Virus record (IMG/VR): IMGVR_UViG_3300034073_003542
Span: 145,848-209,847 of that record
DNA: 64,000 nt
Strand: one strand, 5' to 3'
Position numbers and translations under genes: made by a program. The notes below the pieces were generated by a model that worked only from the letters and a program-made list of their open reading frames with translations, had not been told where the DNA came from and searched no databases. The first letter of the stretch is position 1. Each line of letters opens with the position of its first letter. Positions 58,108 to 64,000 of this stretch are shown here, one piece after another.

Positions 58108-58197
58108 CGAAGGACAAGAGGATTGAACTCTCACCGGGTTTTTAATCCGGCCTACTTTTCCAAAGTAGTGCAGCAAACCAATATCTGCCTATCCTTC
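58108..58197 (-). tRNA. tRNA-Ser(GGA)
   Basis: CTACT TTGGAAA AGTAG; long variable arm. Confidence 0.9.
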
Positions 58198-58212
58198 ATA
58201 GAACCAAACAAG

Positions 58213-58298
58213 CGGAGGCGAAAGGAATCGAACCTTCGAGGGTTTTTTAGGCCCCAGCTATTTTCAAGATAGTGTCCTCGACCTACCGGACCACCTCC
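58213..58298 (-). tRNA. tRNA-Ser(TGA)
   Basis: CTAT CTTGAAA ATAG; long variable arm. Confidence 0.9.
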
Positions 58299-58311
58299 AT
58301 ATATTATCAAG

Positions 58312-58396
58312 CGGAAGTAGCAGGGTTCGAACCTGCAAGCCTTTTTAGGGGCCAACTCTTTAGCAAAGAGCTTCCTCACCAACTCGGATTACTTCC
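58312..58396 (-). tRNA. tRNA-Ser(GCT)
   Basis: GCTCT TTGCTAA AGAGT; long variable arm. Confidence 0.9.
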
Positions 58397-58401
58397 ATTA
58401 G

Positions 58402-58483
58402 CACTAGAAGTAGGACTCGAACCTACAGTGTCTTTCGACGGGAGATTAACAGTCTCCTGCGTTTACCATTCCGCCACTCTAGT
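58402..58483 (-). tRNA. tRNA-Asn(GTT) with long variable arm
   Basis: GGAGA CTGTTAA TCTCC; extra GTC GAAA GAC arm. Confidence 0.85.
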
Positions 58484-58497
58484 ATGATTATCGTCAG

Positions 58498-58570
58498 GGT
58501 GGCTAATGGGAGTCGAACCCATATCACTTGATTCACAGTCAAGCCGCTTCACCAGTTAGCGTATAACCAC
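58498..58570 (-). tRNA. tRNA-His(GTG)
   Basis: CTTGA CTGTGAA TCAAG; C discriminator. Confidence 0.9.
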
Positions 58571-58572
58571 AG

Positions 58573-58643
58573 TTCCGGGGCTACGATTCGAACGTAGAAT
58601 AAATGGTCCAAAGCCATTTGTGATACCATTTCACTACCCCGGA
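58573..58643 (-). tRNA. tRNA-Gln(TTG)
   Basis: AATGG CTTTGGA CCATT. Confidence 0.9.
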
Positions 58644-58898
58644 ATGTTAAGCGTCTCTATGCGATCCGCTTAGTTTTTTACTTTCTCTCAAATACTCAGC
58701 AATCTCTATGAGCTTCTTTCCAAGTTCTTCAATGTTGTCTGCTTCTTTTTTAGTAAGCCACGAAGCAACGTGCATGAAAAGATAATTCTCTTTACCTTTG
58801 GTTCTCACTCCAGCAACCCCGACAGACGGGTTATTAAACTCTTGTGGAAAGTTTCTCATCATGCACCTAGTTTAGCATAACTTCAAGAAGTTGTCAAG

Positions 58899-58971
58899 TG
58901 GAGCAAGTCAGAGTCGAACTGACATGGCGAGATTTTCAGTCTCGTGCCGTGACCGCGTAGGCTATTGCTCC
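58899..58971 (-). tRNA. tRNA-Phe(GAA)
   Basis: CGAGA CTGAAAA TCTCG. Confidence 0.9.
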
Positions 58972-58982
58972 ATAATTATCAG

Positions 58983-59056
58983 TCCTCAATGTAGGCATCG
59001 AACCCACTACCTTCTCGGTGTAAACGAGACGCTCTAGCCGAATGAGCTAATTGAGG
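58983..59056 (-). tRNA. tRNA-Val(TAC)
   Basis: TCTCG TTTACAC CGAGA. Confidence 0.9.
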
Positions 59057-59061
59057 ATATA

Positions 59062-59133
59062 TCTAGAATGTCGAAATCGAATCGCTCTTGCTTGCCCCAA
59101 ACAAGCCGTGCAAACCATTACACTTCATTCTAG
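59062..59133 (-). tRNA. tRNA-Pro(TGG)
   Basis: GCTTG TTTGGGG CAAGC; weak T stem. Confidence 0.8.
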
Positions 59134-59153
59134 TTATTTAACAGTCTTGAACA

Positions 59154-59225
59154 AGTTGATGATAGGAGTTGAACCTACAACTAACTTCATACCAAGAAGC
59201 TACTCTACCATTGAGTTACATCAAC
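59154..59225 (-). tRNA. tRNA-Thr(GGT)
   Basis: GCTTC TTGGTAT GAAGT. Confidence 0.9.
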
Positions 59226-59228
59226 ATA

Positions 59229-59299
59229 AGCCAATACGAGGAATCGAACCCCGGTGTTCTCATTACAAGTGAGACGTAATTCCACTATACGATACTGGC
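59229..59299 (-). tRNA. tRNA-Thr(TGT)
   Basis: TCTCA CTTGTAA TGAGA. Confidence 0.9.
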
Positions 59300-59305
59300 A
59301 AATTA

Positions 59306-59379
59306 TGCGTCTATCCAGATTCGAACTGGAACATTCAGTTTGGAAGACTGACAGGCTAGCCGTTGAACCTCATAGACGC
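59306..59379 (-). tRNA. tRNA-Gly(TCC)
   Basis: TCAGT CTTCCAA ACTGA. Confidence 0.9.
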
Positions 59380-59385
59380 GTTTAG

Positions 59386-59457
59386 TGACCCTACTGAGAA
59401 TCGAACTCAGATTGCTAGATTGAAAGTCTAGATTCCTAACCATTAGAAGATAGGGCC
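59386..59457 (-). tRNA. tRNA-Glu(TTC)
   Basis: CTAGA CTTTCAA TCTAG. Confidence 0.9.
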
Positions 59458-59496
59458 ATATCATTTCATTATACCAACTCTTTTCATTCTGTCAAG

Positions 59497-59567
59497 TGGA
59501 CCGTAAGAGAATCGAACTCTTATTTGAAGCTTGCAAAGCTACCGTTCTCCCGTTGAACTAACAGCCC
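59497..59567 (-). tRNA. tRNA-Ala(TGC)
   Basis: AGC TTTGCAA GCT; G3:U70. Confidence 0.9.
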
Positions 59568-59574
59568 ATATCTA

Positions 59575-59648
59575 TCCGCTAGGAAAGAGTCGAACTTTCG
59601 TCTCGAACTTATCAGGTTCGCATTCTAAAACCGTTGAAATACTAGCGG
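59575..59648 (-). tRNA. tRNA-Ile(GAT)
   Basis: CGAAC CTGATAA GTTCG. Confidence 0.9.
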
Positions 59649-59655
59649 TCAAAAG

Positions 59656-59741
59656 TCCCCCGTAGAAGAATTGAACTACCCGGCAGCCACCTATTAATTT
59701 AATGCCCCGTGTTTTACAGACACAGAATAGGAGTACGAGGG
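59656..59741 (-). tRNA. non-canonical D-armless tRNA-Tyr(GTA)
   Basis: CCCTCGT/ACGGGGG acceptor, CTGTGT CTGTAAA ACACGG anticodon arm, TTCAATT T loop. Confidence 0.7.
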
Positions 59742-59763
59742 AAATTATCATCATACATATCAG

Positions 59764-59836
59764 CGATTCTACCGGGAATCGAACCCGGATTTCCAGATGG
59801 ACAGTCTAGCGTCGTGAACCGTTGGACCATAGAACC
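59764..59836 (-). tRNA. tRNA-Asp(GTC)
   Basis: CTAGA CTGTCCA TCTGG. Confidence 0.88.
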
Positions 59837-59842
59837 GTTAAG

Positions 59843-59914
59843 TGGGTCGTGAATGATTTGCACATTCGTCTCTGGTTTCGTAGACCAGTATACTATCTAC
59901 TATACTAACAACCC
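59843..59914 (-). tRNA. tRNA-Arg(ACG)
   Basis: CTGGT CTACGAA ACCAG. Confidence 0.88.
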
Positions 59915-59920
59915 ATATTA

Positions 59921-60003
59921 TGTCGGCGGCGGGATTTGAACCACTTTAATGCGATTTCAAGTTTATGAGACTTGCGAGGACGACCAGACTCCTCTACGCC
60001 GAA
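59921..60003 (-). tRNA. tRNA-Met(CAT), initiator-like, with T-stem insertion
   Basis: CAAGT CTCATAA ACTTG; 1:72 mismatch. Confidence 0.75.
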
Positions 60004-60004
60004 A

Positions 60005-60075
60005 TGCCTCTTGCTTGAATTGAACAAGCGTCAACTTCGTATGAAAAAGTTAGATTACCACTATCCTAAAGAGGC
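60005..60075 (-). tRNA. tRNA with CAT anticodon (elongator Met or Ile2)
   Basis: ACTTT TTCATAC GAAGT. Confidence 0.8.
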
Positions 60076-60080
60076 GAAAG

Positions 60081-60151
60081 CATACTCACAAGGATTCGAG
60101 CCTTGACCAACTGTTTTGGAGACAGTGATGCTACCGTTACACCATGAGTAT
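60081..60151 (-). tRNA. tRNA-Trp(CCA)
   Basis: ACTGT CTCCAAA ACAGT; G discriminator. Confidence 0.88.
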
Positions 60152-60172
60152 GTGTTTTTTATGAAACCCGAA

Positions 60173-60184
60173 TTGTCAAAGAGC
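60173..60184 (-). promoter_or_regulatory. boxA-like antitermination signal ahead of the tRNA operon
   Basis: GCTCTTTGACAA, close to rrn boxA TGCTCTTTAACA. Confidence 0.55.
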
Positions 60185-60547
60185 GAAACTATTTGTACTC
60201 TCTGATATTCCCCAAGAGAAGGCTCAAGGGGTTCTCACCCCGAGCACAAAGGGGCAAGAATTAGCCTTCGCAGGCTGGATTTTGGCGATATCCAAAGCCT
60301 GAATGACTACGGACGTTCCACGATGTTTTCGTGGTATCAATCGTGTTGTAGTTAATTCTGGACATTTGAAATTCGTTACCCTTAATGTTGTTTTTCCTGA
60401 CCTCTACCATTATAGCCGACCCGACACCCGTTGTCAAGTGGTCCGTTTCTTTCCTTACACCATTATTATAAAAGTCGTCTAATATTTCTGCCATTATGGC
60501 AGTCTCGCTACCCGCCCTGCCATTTTGGCAGTTTAGAAAAGTCTACG

Positions 60548-60578
60548 AAAAAACCCGCAGGATTCAAAGTCCCACGGG
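60548..60578 (-). terminator. intrinsic terminator
   Basis: CCCGTGGGA ctttgaa TCCTGCGGG followed by T6. Confidence 0.75.
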
Positions 60579-60782
60579 CTTCTCGCCTCAATAGCGGTAA
60601 TGAGTCTCTATTTTATACTAAGCTAACCGCTATTCCGCAGTCGGTCAAGACGTAAGATTGTTGACTAGACTAGCTTAGGCAAAGTTGCGCATCCTTTGCA
60701 TTTTCTACGCAAGACGGAATGGATACCGTCCTGCCGCTTTGGGCCTAAAGTCTGTTTATTCTCGCCCAAACGAGCCGCTGAT

Positions 60783-61073
60783 TCACTCAGCCGCAGCTTC
60801 CGCAGGAGCTTCAAGGTTCGGAGCCTTGACCTTCTTCGGATTGGCCGAATCGCCAGCCTGCTCCGCAGTCTCACCCGTCACACGAGCACGCCACACCTTG
60901 TAGCCCTGCTCCGTAAACGTCTTGACTGCACCAGCCTTGACGCCAATGTTCTCAACCGAATCACCAAACCGCTCGTCCAGAAAATCCGCAATCGCCTGAG
61001 CAACCGCTTCACGATCAACGCTACCAGCGGCAGCAACCAGACTCACATCAAACGCACACTTTTCACGCACCAT
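60783..61073 (-). CDS. small Ala-rich protein, probably highly expressed
   Basis: GGAG RBS, own promoter near 61124-61151, GC-richer codon usage. Confidence 0.7.
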   Translation of the reverse strand: MVREKCAFDVSLVAAAGSVDREAVAQAIADFLDERFGDSVENIGVKAGAVKTFTEQGYKVWRARVTGETAEQAGDSANPKKVKAPNLEAPAEAAAE

Positions 61074-63685
61074 TGCTATTTACTCCAAAAGACTATCGTT
61101 TCCAATCACTCACTACTACAACCATTATAGCAGCGTTTTACCACTTGTCAAGTCACATGAGCGAGTTTTGTTATTTGTGCTCTCGTCAGCGTCTTGTCTT
61201 GTGATACATGGATTATACCATACACTTCGTGTTAGTCAAGAGGGTAGGTCAAAAATCTTTTGTCTCAAACGGCGACGGCCTTTTTGGCACAGCGTTTGCT
61301 GTCGCGGTGTATGCTGCCATTTTGGCAGGCCTGGTAGCGAAGCTGCCATTTTGGCAGCCTAGTAATCTATTGATTCTGGATCAAAGTTTTCAATAATACT
61401 AGCTATATTATTTAGTGTCTCTGTTGCGTTTTCGCCACAAAAAGATTCGTCACCACATCGATCCCAGGTACGTTCTACTTCTGTATTGCGAATCATGTCA
61501 GCTAATACAGCACGGTCTTCCACAGCTATCTTACTGAGTACTTCTTCTTGTTCTATTGTTAATCTTATCATGATATTATACCGAGAAATTCATCTCCACA
61601 CACATATCAATAATCTCTTGAGCAGTAATATTGTGCTCTTTGATTGTGTTAGCAATTTCTTCTTGAGTTTTTTGGCTCATAAGAGCCATTCTGTTCCTAA
61701 TCGAAATAATTACTTTGAGAATTGCTTTGTTGCGTTCGCTACACATCATTTATTTCCGTATACGTATTTGTGGATTCGTTTTGATGCCTGCATATCTCGC
61801 CTTTTGAGTTCACCGTGGCAATACAGGATTTCGTCCGTGTAATAACCCACGTTCTCGCCATCAGGCATTGCAGCAATAACCTCGCGGCAATCTTGGATAG
61901 TGTATTCCAGTTCACTTTCCGACATCTTCTTTACTTTCCGCATATAAGCGGCGTGATCCATAATCTTTTTCATATTGGTATTATACCACAAGGAAATCGT
62001 TTGTCAAGTGCTCCTTATTTTGGCTGACTACGACCACTAAAACCGAATCCGAAGGATTGGCCGAGACAAGGGGAAGCCATAGCCCTTCATCAAAAGATTT
62101 GGAGTCTTTCGAAGGTTGCAATAAGGGCGGGTTTTCTGATTCCCTGTTCTCGACCAAATATTACCTATTCGTTATCGACAACACCCACATAGACCGCAAA
62201 CTACGCATAGAGTGAAAATACAATATACCATACTTTTCTCCTAGTGTCAAGTGGCCCAAAACCACATTATACCAGAAGGGCGGTTGTCCACAAGTGTTTG
62301 AGATATCTAGGGTTACGTTGGGTCTGCCTTTTTGGCAGCGAGGGCAGAGTGTCTGCCATTTTGGCAGTTACACAATTACTTCTACTTTAGATAGAATGTC
62401 TGAGGAAATTTCACTATAACATTCCCTAATAGTTTTACATTCCCCAATTATACTATGATCCCTATCATTCCACCATTGGTAAATCCGCCCAACTTTCTCA
62501 ACGTGGTAGCCGTACTGTTCGGCAAAAATCTGTAGTTTTCGTAATTGCATCTTATTGTCCGTGGAAAAGATATAAGCCAAATGAAAAAATCATCACAGAC
62601 ATTATCATATCAAGTGCCGGATATTTAGCCTCTTTAGGACTGATAGTAAATATCAGTAGTTGCCCAACAATCCACCCGATATTCATAGCGACAAGCGAGC
62701 TAATGCTAAATGTAATCATTTTTCATTCCAGTCGTTGAAACACACAGTACAAATTAAGCAATTCATTCCACAAATCATCGTATTACCAATCAAATATTGA
62801 TAACTAGGACTATTCATAGAAAAAATAGCAATGAGAGAAGTGACAACGAAACACACATATCGAAGCATTTTTGTATTCATATTTGTCCTTTATACCAATA
62901 GTTTATTGACTAGGCAATTCGCCCCAAACTTCTTTATTGCGTCAGTTTCGGCAGCTTGTTGACAAAACGCCAAAACATAACCGACAAAACGACCTTCCTG
63001 CACAACTCTGTAAGTGATTTCTAGCATAATAGGATTATATCATAATGGTTGGAGTTGTCAATAGGCTTATTCATCCATTATCCATTTTCCAAGTTTTTGT
63101 GTTTTTCTGCCAAGTCCCTTGCCAAGTCTGTAGCTCGTAGATTGCTGATCTGCTGGCTTAAAGATAATATACCAAATAAAGCCAAACACCAAAATCGCAC
63201 CTAATACTTCCATTATACTAAATCGCCTTTCTTTTTTTTATTTATTATTTATATGTATTCTACTCAGAAACGTCACCAAATAACTCATCCCAATCAGACA
63301 CAGAAAATCCTGTTAGTAGTAGCTCTCGTTCGTCTGCTGTTAAATATGGAAAACAGTGCTGTATAGCCTTTTCTCCATTACAAAAATCTACAAAATCTTC
63401 CTTATTGACTACCATAGTGAACGGCACGCCATCCCGACTACTGCCCATGAATGTAACATCCCCAGAATTATCACATTCGTACACATGCACATATTCACTT
63501 AGACCATAGCACTTACGTTTGCAATTAGTGACAAGCATCGTAGCACCTCATGTTGTTTAGCAGTAACGGAATTATACCATATGGATACACCATGTCAAGC
63601 TCTATGCCATTTTGGCAGTGCCTCGACCGAAACTGCCAGATTGGCAGTAAGCCGTAGCTCACCACCGATCTGGAGTCGGATTTTA

Positions 63686-63895
63686 CTATGCGGACGGCAG
63701 CCGCCGCGTGTTGGCTGTACGCTCCGCGTAAACATTCATCAGTTTTCGATCAAGCGTGTGAATCGTAACCAGATGCCTAGTTCGGATGAAGTTGGGATCA
63801 TTGGCACGATATTCGCTATCACGATGAATCCTACCAATAGACTTGTCAGACAGACGACGTACCGAAAGAACCTTTCCTTCGATTACCGTTGGCAT
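63686..63895 (-). CDS. hypothetical protein (reading frame may extend past the window edge)
   Basis: GC-richer ORF at window end. Confidence 0.5.
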   Translation of the reverse strand: MPTVIEGKVLSVRRLSDKSIGRIHRDSEYRANDPNFIRTRHLVTIHTLDRKLMNVYAERTANTRRLPSA

Positions 63896-64000
63896 AGTCG
63901 CCGTAGGCTGAAGATAAGTGAATCGGTAATACTTGCCGACTTGAGCCTTGACAAGCGTATTGTCGATGCCATAGACGAGACTAAAGACAATATAAGCAAG

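Larger units (their letters stand above)
49762..62061 (+). repeat. dispersed ~40-bp repeat GCTGACT-N15/16-AATCCGAAGGAT
   Basis: copies starting 51612, 51912, 52189, 54882, 62023; degenerate at 49762. Confidence 0.85.
54787..63647. repeat. paired 15-bp palindromes CTGCCATTTTGGCAG
   Basis: pairs at 54806/54835, 54988/55017, 56212/56241, 57856/57885, 60488/60517, 61314/61343, 62324/62353, 63604/63633; extra copies at 54787 and 55040. Confidence 0.95.

Noticed and set aside
58069-59754. ORFs overlapping the tRNA cluster (58069, 58152, 58272, 59051, 59572)
   Set aside because: They overlap well-formed tRNA genes; spurious.
60665-61130. Alternative-frame ORFs 60665, 60685 and 60696
   Set aside because: They overlap the RBS- and promoter-supported 60783-61073 gene and the hairpin region.
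54787-63647. CRISPR array interpretation of the palindromic repeats
   Set aside because: Repeats are 15 bp, spacers 14 bp, units are dispersed pairs, and no cas genes are present.

Overview
A 64-kb segment of a large AT-rich lytic (jumbo-type) bacteriophage genome, almost entirely coded on the minus strand. No recognisable capsid, terminase or polymerase genes are present. The window holds nucleotide and DNA-repair genes (thyX, tdk, uvsE, HhH glycosylase), RNA/tRNA repair and translation-rescue genes (RtcB, DRB0094-type RNA ligase, Pth2, HAD, two metallophosphoesterases, MYG1, SpoT-like HD), free-standing homing endonucleases, many small paralogous ORFs, and 28 tRNA genes covering all 20 amino acids (27 in a cluster at 57.4-60.2 kb plus tRNA-Cys at 29.9 kb). 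Two PEP-CTERM proteins and a DUF1559-type prepilin leader suggest a Planctomycetota/PVC host (inference). The most notable signals are: (1) two tRNAs (Tyr-GUA, Arg-UCU) sharing a non-cloverleaf, D-armless pseudoknotted fold; (2) eight pairs of a 15-bp palindrome spaced exactly 29 bp apart; (3) strong over-representation of GGGCGA; (4) a dispersed GCTGACT-plus-GAA-triloop element; (5) several promoter-driven structured ncRNA candidates; (6) a TTGACA-N16-TAnAAT promoter class; (7) chained small ORFs whose shared C-terminal motif encodes the start of the next gene. All family calls come from motif recognition by eye, not database searches.
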